Shown here one piece after another: positions 18,156 through 27,075 of a DNA stretch of 64,000 nucleotides. The position numbers and the translations under genes were made by a program. Below the pieces are notes generated by a model. It saw only the letters and a program-made list of their open reading frames with translations. It had not been told where the DNA came from and did not search any database. This stretch comes from Candidatus Methylomirabilis sp. (GTDB lineage: Bacteria > Methylomirabilota > Methylomirabilia > Methylomirabilales > 2-02-FULL-66-22). The stretch lies in contig DATIFO010000045.1 in the NCBI GenBank assembly GCA_035455275.1, positions 2,421 to 66,420 of the forward strand, given 5' to 3'. Within the stretch, counting starts at the first letter, position 1, and every line of letters starts with the position of its first letter.

Positions 18156-18540
18156 AGTACACTGCCGGCGAGACCGCGGATGGAGAGTAGGAGGTCCGTC
18201 TCCGTGGCGATAACCACGGATGATCTGCTGACACCTGGCAAGATCGCAGGTGTTGCTCCGAACTCGTGACCCGGTGGGTCGGTGCGGGCCATCCACCCCA
18301 TGGCTTGTCCGGGAGCGTAGCGCATCATCGGATGGCGGGGCAGCAAGTCGCCGAGGGAGGAGCCGTTCAGGAACTCGCAACACTTTGCTCCGGAGTTCGG
18401 CCACCGAGCGGGCGCCGCCGGGGCCAACTCGCACCGGTCTCTCGATTCCGCTGCAGGTTCCCTTGCTGTGAAAGCGCGTTCATGCCTTTGGCGGAACGCA
18501 GCGACGGGGGCGGGAGCTTGTCGGGCGTGGTTGATGAGGA

Positions 18541-18590
18541 GGCCGGTTCGAGTCCTGCTTGGCTCCCCATTGAGGACTCGAACATACCGG
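18541..18590. repeat. palindrome containing a tRNA T-loop-like motif
   Basis: GTTCGAGTCCT (18546-18556) and AGGACTCGAAC (18573-18583) form an 11-bp inverted repeat. GGTTCGAGTCC followed by TGCTTGGCTCCCCA resembles a tRNA 3' end. Confidence 0.4.
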
Positions 18591-18872
18591 GGAGTGGCTG
18601 ATCCAGCTTGGGCGTGCGAACACCTCACAAGATCGCTCGCCTCATCGGGAAGAACCCGACCCGACCATCACGAGGCGTGATGGCGAGTTTTGGGTCAGGC
18701 GACCGCGTCCGATCGCGCGCGAAGTGGGGTCGACAGAATCCCCTCCTCTCGGTCCCAGGGTAGCCGTGGGAGGGCTTGCCCCTGTTCGGTTTCGTTCCTC
18801 CTTCCCGCCCGTACTCGCGAAGGCCTCGGCCAAGGGCTCGCCCGCAGTTTGTCATCCTTCGCTACCCGGGCG

Positions 18873-19076
18873 TCAGTCGTCGCCCTGACTGCTGGTGAGT
18901 GGTCCGCGCTGGCCGGTGAATACCGACGCAGAGTCCGAGATATCCTCGCCGTGGGTCGCCCACCACGTCAGGAAGGCCTTCGGGTGGCCTCTCAGTCCCC
19001 GCAGGATGAAAGACACCCCCTCGCGCTGGATGGTGTCATGATCGCGTCTCGTTGCGTCGAGGTGTTCGCTGCTCAA
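18873..19076 (-). CDS. hypothetical 67-aa ORF (possible gene fragment)
   Basis: TTG start with an AAGGA 10 nt upstream. Third-position GC is about 80% by hand count. I recognise no family. Confidence 0.3.
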   Translation of the reverse strand: MSSEHLDATRRDHDTIQREGVSFILRGLRGHPKAFLTWWATHGEDISDSASVFTGQRGPLTSSQGDD

Positions 19077-19167
19077 TTCAACACCGTCCTTTCAGTTGCG
19101 CGCGGGTTGCGTCTCAGCGCATCGGAGTGCCTTTCCGTGTGGCCAAAACCCTTGGCCGGGATTCTGC

Positions 19168-19197
19168 TTGACACCCTGGTTTACCCTCGCGTAGCAT
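19168..19197 (+). promoter_or_regulatory. candidate sigma-70 promoter
   Basis: TTGACA-18 nt-TAGCAT, about 48 nt upstream of the 19245 ATG. Confidence 0.35.
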
Positions 19198-19244
19198 CGG
19201 CGAGTTTTCGGCTCGTTGGATCCTCGACTTCCCGGGGACTGTGT

Positions 19245-20000
19245 ATGCGCGCCATCCTCTTGGTCGCGGGTGCCGGCTGGCGGCTGAAGCCCTACACCCA
19301 GGCAACTCCCAAGTGCCTCCTGGACATGGGGGGAAAGTCCCTCCTCCTGCGCAACCTGGAGGCTTTCGCCGCGCTGGGAATCCGCGAGGCCGTCCTGGTG
19401 GTGGGCTTCATGCAGGAGCAGGTGGTGGCCGAGGCGGCCCGGGGTCCGGCCGAGGTGCATGTCCGCATCGTGCAGAACGACCGGTTCAGCCGGGGCAACA
19501 TCCTGTCCCTCTGGCACGCCCGGCACGAGTTCGACGACGACGTCCTCATCATGGACGGCGACGTGCTCTATCCGCAGGAGTTGCTGGCGCGTCTGCTGGC
19601 CTCCACCGATCCCAACGCCATCGCCGTGGATGAGCGATTCCAGGACAGCGGCGAGGAGCAGAAGGTCCTCTGCGAGGACGGCTGGGTGGTGGAGGTCACC
19701 AAGAAGGTTGGCGGCGACCCACGCATCCGCGGCGAGGCCGTGGGATTCCTGCGGCTGTGCGCCGATGCCGCCGAGGTCCTGCGCGGCATCCTGGAGGAGT
19801 TCATCGAGACCGGCAAGGACACGCTGGAGTACGAGGACGCGTTCCGGGAGTTGGCCGTGGAGGTGCCGATCGGGGTGGTCGAGGTGGGCGACCTGCCCTG
19901 GATCGAGATCGACTTCGAAGAAGATCTCAGCCGGGCACGCGACAAGATCCTTCCCCAGGTGGAGTGCCTGGATCGCGGCCAGACCATCCCCTCACAGTAA
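19245..20000 (+). CDS. sugar/alcohol-phosphate nucleotidyltransferase family protein
   Basis: Internal ATG of listed ORF 18690..20000. Opens MRAILLVAGAGWRLKP (GxGxR loop), with LIMDGD and WIEIDFEEDL motifs. The upstream 185 codons look like noncoding read-through. Confidence 0.8.
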   Translation: MRAILLVAGAGWRLKPYTQATPKCLLDMGGKSLLLRNLEAFAALGIREAVLVVGFMQEQVVAEAARGPAEVHVRIVQNDRFSRGNILSLWHARHEFDDDVLIMDGDVLYPQELLARLLASTDPNAIAVDERFQDSGEEQKVLCEDGWVVEVTKKVGGDPRIRGEAVGFLRLCADAAEVLRGILEEFIETGKDTLEYEDAFRELAVEVPIGVVEVGDLPWIEIDFEEDLSRARDKILPQVECLDRGQTIPSQ

Positions 20001-20102
20001 GTCCGGCAGACGCTCCGCTCAACACCGCCCTCGCTGCAACACCCACCCCGCTCGGGTTCAATACCGTTGACATAAGGTTCGAGGATGGCGTCGGGGTCGA
20101 CC

Positions 20103-20201
20103 AAATCCCCCCGTTCCCCCCTTTGTCAAAGGGGGGCGGAGGGGGGATTTCGCAAAGAGGGCTCGCCCCGTGGCGACGGGGCCGCATCCCCACAGGGCGA
20201 G
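20103..20201. repeat. C-tract/G-tract palindromic element cluster between convergent genes
   Basis: AAATCCCCCCgttCCCCCCTTTG tc CAAAGGGGGGcggaGGGGGGATTT occupies 20103-20150. It is followed by CTCGCCC-CGT ggcg ACG-GGGC ... GGGCGAG (20162-20201). Confidence 0.6.
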
Positions 20202-20237
20202 CGAGGATCTGGCCGAGGTGAGGACCTCCGGCCGCCG

Positions 20238-21348
<1,111 letters not shown>

Positions 21349-21356
<8 letters not shown>

Positions 21357-23034
21357 GGGCGGCGAAGACCCGGATTCCGGTTCGCCTCGCCAGGCTGCCC
21401 AAGCCCGCCAGGCAGATCGCCACGGTCCCGATCAGGATGACCGAGACGGCGCAGGCGATCCCCATGTCCCCCTCGCGGGCTCGGTTGAAGATGTATACCG
21501 AGGCCAGCAGCCGCCCCGGGGCCACCAGGAAGATGGCGGCGCTCAGGCTGATCATGGACTGCATGAAGGTGAAGAGGAACCCGGCGGCGAAGGCGGAGGA
21601 CATCAGGGGCAGGACGATCCGGCGAAAGGTGGTCAGGGCCCCCGCCCCCAGGTCCGCCGAGGCTTCCTCCAGGCCCCGGTCGATCTGGTGGAGCTTGCTC
21701 ACGCCCGCCTCCAGCCCCACCGCCAGGAACCGGGCGATCATGTTCAGGACCAGGATCGCCAGCGTCCCGGTAAGCAGCAGCGGCGGATGGTTGAAGGCCA
21801 GGAGGTACCCGATGCCCATGATCGTGCCGGGCAGGGCGAAGCCGATCAGGGTGATCGCCTCCAGCAGGCCGCGCCAGCGGTGCTCTCCGCGCATGCACAG
21901 GTACGCCAGCCCCGTCCCGACCAGGGCAGCGGCGGCCCCCGCCAGGAGCGAGACCTTCAGGCTGGTCCATACCGTATCCAGCCCCGCGTCCCTGAGCAGG
22001 TGTTCCAGCGTGAGGGTGTTGTCGATCCCCACCAGCTTGGTCACCGCGCCGAGGAGGATCACCCCGTAGCAGACCAGGATCACCGCCGCATACAGGAGGG
22101 CGGGGATGAGCAGGACGGCCTGCAGCGGCCGGCCGATCCTCCGCTCCTCGGCCGCGGTGGGGGCGCCGCTCACCGTGGTATATGTCTTCCCCTTGAGCCA
22201 GTAGTGCTGTGCCAGGAAGATGGCCAGGCTGGGGACCAGGAGCACCACGGAGATCACGCTGGCCATCTCCGTGTTCCATTCGCCCGTGATCATCAGGAAG
22301 GCGTCCGGCGCCAGGAAGGAGAGCCCGCCGCCGAGAAGGGCCGGATTGCCGAAGTCGGCGATGGCCAGGCCGAACGTCAGCAGGGCCGCCTTGAGGAGCC
22401 CCGGGCTGGCCAGGGGGAGGATGATGGTCCAGAGCAGTGTCGGCTCCCCGGCCCCCAGGTCGCAGGCGGAGTCCTCCAGGGTCGGGTCGAGCGACTGCAG
22501 CACGTTCTCGATCATCAGGAAGGCCACGGGGAGCAAGGACAGGACCTGGGCGAGGACGACACCCAGCCAGCCGTAGATGGGAATCTGGGTGTCCAGGAGC
22601 TGGGCCAGGAATCCCCGGCGACCGGCGACGATGATCAGCGCCAGCCCGAAGATGTACGGGGGCGCGATCAGGGGGGCCAGGGTCGTGGCCCGCAGCGGCC
22701 CGCGGAGGGGCCGGGGGCCCCGCGTCACCAGGTACGCCAGGGCGAAGCCCAGCGCCGTGACCAGGGCCGTGACCGTGGTGCCCAGGATCAGGGTATTCGC
22801 GAGGGATCGCAGAAAGTAGGCCTTCCCGAAGAAGGTCTGGAAGTGGCTCAGGGTAAGGCCACCCCCTTTGGCGGCCAGGCTCCGAGCCAGCATCACCGCC
22901 ACCGGGTAGGCGATGAAGACGAGCAGCCAGGCCGCGAGCAGGACCACCAGGCCGGCCGGCAGGAATCGCGCCAGGGCGTGCCCGCGTAGCTCGCGCCGGG
23001 TGGTGAGTCGGTCGAGGAAGAGTTCTGTGGGCAT
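21349..23034 (-). CDS. ABC transporter permease with two tandem permease domains (FbpB-like)
   Basis: 561-aa polytopic protein. It overlaps the ATPase start by 8 nt. Confidence 0.9.
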
Positions 23035-23077
23035 GGGGATGGGGCCGGCCGGGGCGACCCGGCCGGACCGACCGCGC

Positions 23078-24103
23078 CTATTTTCTGAGGAACTTGGACT
23101 TCCAGGTCTCGATCACGCGGGCGTGGTTGTCGGCCGCCCACTCGTAGGAATAGTCGATGAACTTGGGCTTCGTCGGGTACATGGGATTGGGGGCATCGCG
23201 GGCGGAGAGATAGCCGTACTGGGCGAGCCAGCGCTGGAACTTCTCGGTCCCGGCAAAGTTCACGACCCGCTTGGCCGCCTCGAGCTGCTTCGTGCCCTTG
23301 ACGATGGTGAGGATGTTTCCCTCGTAGCCGATCCCCTCCTTGGGGGCAGACCAGTAAATGGGGAATCCCTGCTGCAGCCGCTGCGGGACCTTCTCGTCCG
23401 AGGTGATTCCCAGCATGTACTCACCCCGCCCGACGCTCTCCAGGGGCGTGTTCCCGCTCTTGGTGTACTGGGCCACGTTCTTGTCCAGCTTCTCCAGGAA
23501 TTCCCAGCCCTTCTCCCACCCGAGAAGCTGCAGGAAGGTGGCGTTGATCATGAAGGCCGTCCCCGAGGTCACCGGGGACGGCATCACGACCTCCCCTTTC
23601 CACTTGGGGTCGAGGAGATCGAACCAGGACTCGGGCAGCTTGTAGCCCTTCTTGTTCAGGAGATCTTTGTTTCCGACCAGGACGAAGGACGAGGTGCCCA
23701 CATCGTACCACGTCCCGTCCTTGTCCTTGTAACGCGTGTGGATGTCACGCCAGGCCGGGGCGTCAGGATACGGCGCCCACAGCCCTTCCCGCTTTCCCAG
23801 GATGGCCGGGCCCGGCCCGAATCCGAAGAGGACGTCCGCCCCGATGTTCGGCTTCTCGGCCTGGACGCGGGCCCACAACTCCCCGCCGGACAACCCCAGG
23901 ATCTTCACCTGAGTCTCGGTATTCTCGGACAGAATCCGCGCCAGCTCGTCCTGGACGACAAGCATGTAGGTGTAGACGCGAATCTCCTGAGCGGCCCGGG
24001 CGGGGGAGATCCCGGCGGCGAGGAGCAGTGCGAGCGCGAGCAACCCGATGGATGGTCCACTCAGCAACCGAATCCGACCACTCGATGTCCGCGGCATCTC
24101 CAT
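23078..24103 (-). CDS. ABC transporter substrate-binding protein (Fe(III)/solute-binding family 1-like)
   Basis: Start at MEM (24103 or 24097) after GGAGAGG. Signal peptide LLALALLLAAGISPARAAQE. The listed ORF 23078..24274 extends further upstream. Confidence 0.85.
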   Translation of the reverse strand: MEMPRTSSGRIRLLSGPSIGLLALALLLAAGISPARAAQEIRVYTYMLVVQDELARILSENTETQVKILGLSGGELWARVQAEKPNIGADVLFGFGPGPAILGKREGLWAPYPDAPAWRDIHTRYKDKDGTWYDVGTSSFVLVGNKDLLNKKGYKLPESWFDLLDPKWKGEVVMPSPVTSGTAFMINATFLQLLGWEKGWEFLEKLDKNVAQYTKSGNTPLESVGRGEYMLGITSDEKVPQRLQQGFPIYWSAPKEGIGYEGNILTIVKGTKQLEAAKRVVNFAGTEKFQRWLAQYGYLSARDAPNPMYPTKPKFIDYSYEWAADNHARVIETWKSKFLRK

Positions 24104-24344
24104 TCCTCTCCGTTGGATGCTGAGGGGGGCTACGGCGAAAGAAACGGCATACCCTGTGGTGCTTCGCCGTGCCCCGGTCCTGTGTGAAGGTGGCTGATCT
24201 CCCGGCCGTGTTCGGAGCCATATTCCTAGCACTACACCGGATGCATCGTCAAGCGGTGCACGGGTGGTGACCACGCTTGGGCCTCGGCGGGCTTCACCCG
24301 CACGGGTTGACCCCAGGCTGCCTCGCTTCCTGCCTGGCGGGTGA

Positions 24345-24635
24345 TCAGCACGTGGCGCCGCCGGCGAGGGGGGTCAGGACGTCCACCTTCGCGCCGTCGG
24401 GAATCACCGAGTCCAGGGACAGAAAGTCGCCGTCCAGGATCACGGCCACGATCTCGTTCATGACCTCGTCCTGGAGCCCCTCGCGGGGCACGTGCGCGCG
24501 GAGGGTGGGATAGTCGTCCAGGAGACGCAGGAAGATGTCGCGAAGCGTGGCCTGTCCCTCCCAGGAGAGCGTCAGGAGACGCTGTCCGATCCACTCGCGG
24601 AAGGGGCTGGCGAACCAGAACGTTGCCTGGGGCAT
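24345..24635 (-). CDS. MoaD/ThiS-family ubiquitin-like sulfur-carrier protein with a C-terminal extension
   Basis: 96 aa with a beta-grasp-like pattern, ending ...DGAKVDVLTPLAGG-ATC. Confidence 0.75.
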   Translation of the reverse strand: MPQATFWFASPFREWIGQRLLTLSWEGQATLRDIFLRLLDDYPTLRAHVPREGLQDEVMNEIVAVILDGDFLSLDSVIPDGAKVDVLTPLAGGATC

Positions 24636-24654
24636 GGATCACGCTCCAACGAAG

Positions 24655-24940
24655 AATGACCAATGACAAAATCCCAATGACCGATGGCCGTAACCTGACG
24701 GGAAAGGCCGGGACTCAGCGTGGGAGCCTTGCGCCTGGACGGGAGTGTGGTTTAGGATAGACCGGAAATCAATGAAAAACCGATGTGAGCGTTCAGCTCT
24801 CAGCAATCGGCGGTCAGCTTCGGATGGGGGACGGCGGTGTTCGGCACGAGCCAAGTCGGGTACACTCTCCGGAGCTGAAGGCTGAACGCTGACTGCTGAA
24901 CGCTGAGGTTTGTCATTGTCGGTGGTCGGGTTTGTCGTTG
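24655..24940. repeat. composite nested heptamer-word inverted repeat
   Basis: Outer arms are AATGACCAATGACAAAATCCCAATGACCGATGG (24655-24687) and TTTGTCATTGTCGGTGGTCGGGTTTGTCGTTG (24909-24940). An inner hairpin has arms 24785-24823 (NTCAGCN words) and 24869-24908 (TGANNGC words). Confidence 0.65.
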
Positions 24941-24959
24941 ACCCGAAGGAGCCGCGCCC

Positions 24960-26192
24960 TTGATCAAGACCGCCATTGTCGTCTGCCCCGGGGCCGAGAC
25001 GCCGGAGGCGGGCCTGCTGGGAGTGCGTGTGGCCGGCCTGCCCCTGGTTACGCGGGTCCTCCTGACCGCTCAGCAGGCGGGGGTGGGTCGATTCGTCGTC
25101 GTGGCCTCAGGTCCTCAGCAGGGGGTGCTGCGCCCCCAGATCGAGGAGGATCACCGGCTCCAGGGCCGCGTCCGATGGATAGATGCCTGCGAGCCGCCGC
25201 CGACCTCAGCCGACAGCCTGCTGCTGCTACCCAGCGTCGTGCTGGAGGCGGGGGCCTTGCGGCGGTGGCTGGAGCGGGACGCGGGCGGTGGGTGGCTCGT
25301 CGCCACGGAGGGGGCGACCGGGCCCCTCATCGTGCCTGCGCCGCACCTCCCCGCATGCATCAAGGCAGCCCAGGAGGGGTTGTCGGGGCTGGCGGGGCTC
25401 CTCGCCAAGCTGGGGGGTCGCGGAGAGGTTATCCACATCCCCTGGGACGGCGCCCCGCAACGCCCCATCCGCTCGGCGGGGGATGTCCCCGGCGTGGAAG
25501 GCGCCATGCTCGAGGCGCTCGGGTCACCGGATGACGGGCCGATCCTGGACCGCTTCGTGAACCGGAGACTCTCGGGGTGGCTCACACGGCGTCTGGTTCG
25601 CTGCCGGGTGAGCCCGAACCAGATCACCGCTGCCAGCCTGTTCACGGGCCTCCTGGGTGCATGGCTCCTGGGGCGGGAAGGCGCGCTGGCCTCGCTGGCC
25701 GGGCTCCTCCTGTTCCAACTGTCGGTGGTGCTGGACCACTCGGATGGCGAGCTGGCCCGCCTCACCTTCCGGTTCTCCCGGCTGGGAAAATGGCTGGACA
25801 ACTTCAGCGACCACGCGGTGGGTCTGGCCGTGATCGCCTGCGTGGCGTGGCGGGTGGCTGCCGAGGGGGGGGCCGGTCGCGTGGCGCTCCTCGGCATCCT
25901 GGCGGCCGTGGGCGTGACCGGATCGTTCCTGGTGGTCTTCTGGTGGACAGTCGCGAGGGAGGGAAGGACTGCGCCTGCCGGGGTGGGCGGCCGGCGCGGG
26001 CTGGCCTCCATGGCCAACCGCGACGGCTTCTGCCTGGCGCTCTGGGCCGCGGTGCTCCTGGGTCGGCCCATCTGGTTCCTGTGGGTGTTGGCCCTGGGCT
26101 CCAACGCCTACTGGCTGGCCTGGCTCCTGATCTATGGCTACCCGGGGAAGAAAGACGGGCAGGGGACCTGCGCAGGTCGTGGCGTCGTCTGA
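24960..26192 (+). CDS. CDP-alcohol phosphatidyltransferase fused to an N-terminal degenerate nucleotidyltransferase-like domain
   Basis: TTG start. The C-terminal half has DHSDGELARLTFRFSRLGKWLDNFSDH (D-G-x2-A-R-x8-G-x3-D-x3-D) and TM helices. The N-terminal approximately 190 aa is soluble. Confidence 0.8.
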   Translation: MIKTAIVVCPGAETPEAGLLGVRVAGLPLVTRVLLTAQQAGVGRFVVVASGPQQGVLRPQIEEDHRLQGRVRWIDACEPPPTSADSLLLLPSVVLEAGALRRWLERDAGGGWLVATEGATGPLIVPAPHLPACIKAAQEGLSGLAGLLAKLGGRGEVIHIPWDGAPQRPIRSAGDVPGVEGAMLEALGSPDDGPILDRFVNRRLSGWLTRRLVRCRVSPNQITAASLFTGLLGAWLLGREGALASLAGLLLFQLSVVLDHSDGELARLTFRFSRLGKWLDNFSDHAVGLAVIACVAWRVAAEGGAGRVALLGILAAVGVTGSFLVVFWWTVAREGRTAPAGVGGRRGLASMANRDGFCLALWAAVLLGRPIWFLWVLALGSNAYWLAWLLIYGYPGKKDGQGTCAGRGVV

Positions 26193-26215
26193 CCACGGAG
26201 GGATCGCAAGGCGAG

Positions 26216-27073
26216 ATGGGATCGCAGCGGTGGTGGGTGATGCGGATCGGGGGGGAGATCGTCCGACGCCTCAAGGAGCACGACCTCATGACGATGGCGG
26301 CGGCGATTGCCTTCTACTGGCTGCTGGGCCTCATCCCGCTCCTGCTCCTCGGGACGTCGGCCGTCGGGTACTTCTTGGGGTCGTCCGACCGGGCGGTGGA
26401 CGAGGTGCTGGCGGCCGGGCGACGTCTGATCCCCCGGGCCGCCGGCACCGATCTGGAGGAGTTCCTGCGGAGCCTGATCCAGAGCCGGCGCGTCACCGGG
26501 GTCCTCGGAATCGGGTTCATGGTCTGGGTGGCCATGGGTGTATTCGAGATCATCGGCATCTCGCTCACGGCGCTCACCGGGGGCAAGGAGACCCGCTCGT
26601 ATCTCCGGCGGAAGCTTGTGGCCTTGATCCTGATGTGCACCGTCGGCCTGCTGTTGATCGCGGCATTGATGGGCGGGTGGTTCCTCGCCGCATGGCCGAA
26701 TATCGAGGATCTCTTGGGAATGCGTTTGAAGCTCCCCGCCTTTCTGCTCGACCCCGGCTTTCCGCGCTACCTCGCCTCGATCCTGATAGGGGTGGCGCTG
26801 ACCATCGTGTACCATGTGGCTCCGGCCCGGGGTATCCCGTGGCCCGCCGCCATGACCGGGGCCACCGTCGCCGCGCTGCTCTGGCATCAGGCCAAGGTAT
26901 TCTTCAACTGGTACGTGACGCACTACTCCCGCCTGAACATCTTCTACGGCGTCCTGGCCGGCTTCGTCATCCTGGTCCTGTGGACCTTCTACACCGCCAT
27001 TATCTTGCTGGTGGGCGGCATGCTGGCCGATATCCTGGATCGGGGCGGTCGCCCGCCGAAGCGCGGCACCTGA
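26216..27073 (+). CDS. YihY/BrkB family membrane protein
   Basis: Internal ATG of listed ORF 25577..27073. AIAFYWLLGLIPLLLL and six TM-like segments. Confidence 0.85.
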   Translation: MGSQRWWVMRIGGEIVRRLKEHDLMTMAAAIAFYWLLGLIPLLLLGTSAVGYFLGSSDRAVDEVLAAGRRLIPRAAGTDLEEFLRSLIQSRRVTGVLGIGFMVWVAMGVFEIIGISLTALTGGKETRSYLRRKLVALILMCTVGLLLIAALMGGWFLAAWPNIEDLLGMRLKLPAFLLDPGFPRYLASILIGVALTIVYHVAPARGIPWPAAMTGATVAALLWHQAKVFFNWYVTHYSRLNIFYGVLAGFVILVLWTFYTAIILLVGGMLADILDRGGRPPKRGT

Positions 27074-27075
27074 GG

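Noticed and set aside
18690-19244. A 185-codon N-terminal extension of the nucleotidyltransferase ORF.
   Set aside because: The extension is Arg/Ser-rich and motif-free. The family's GxGxR loop begins right after the internal ATG at 19245, and a TTGACA-18-TAGCAT promoter lies inside the extension.
24104-24344. The 240-nt leader upstream of the ABC substrate-binding gene could have been a TPP, cobalamin or other riboswitch, or a Fur box.
   Set aside because: I could not find the CUGAGA/ACCUGA TPP core, a B12 box or a Fur-type AT-rich palindrome on the minus strand. This remains unverified without a covariance-model scan.
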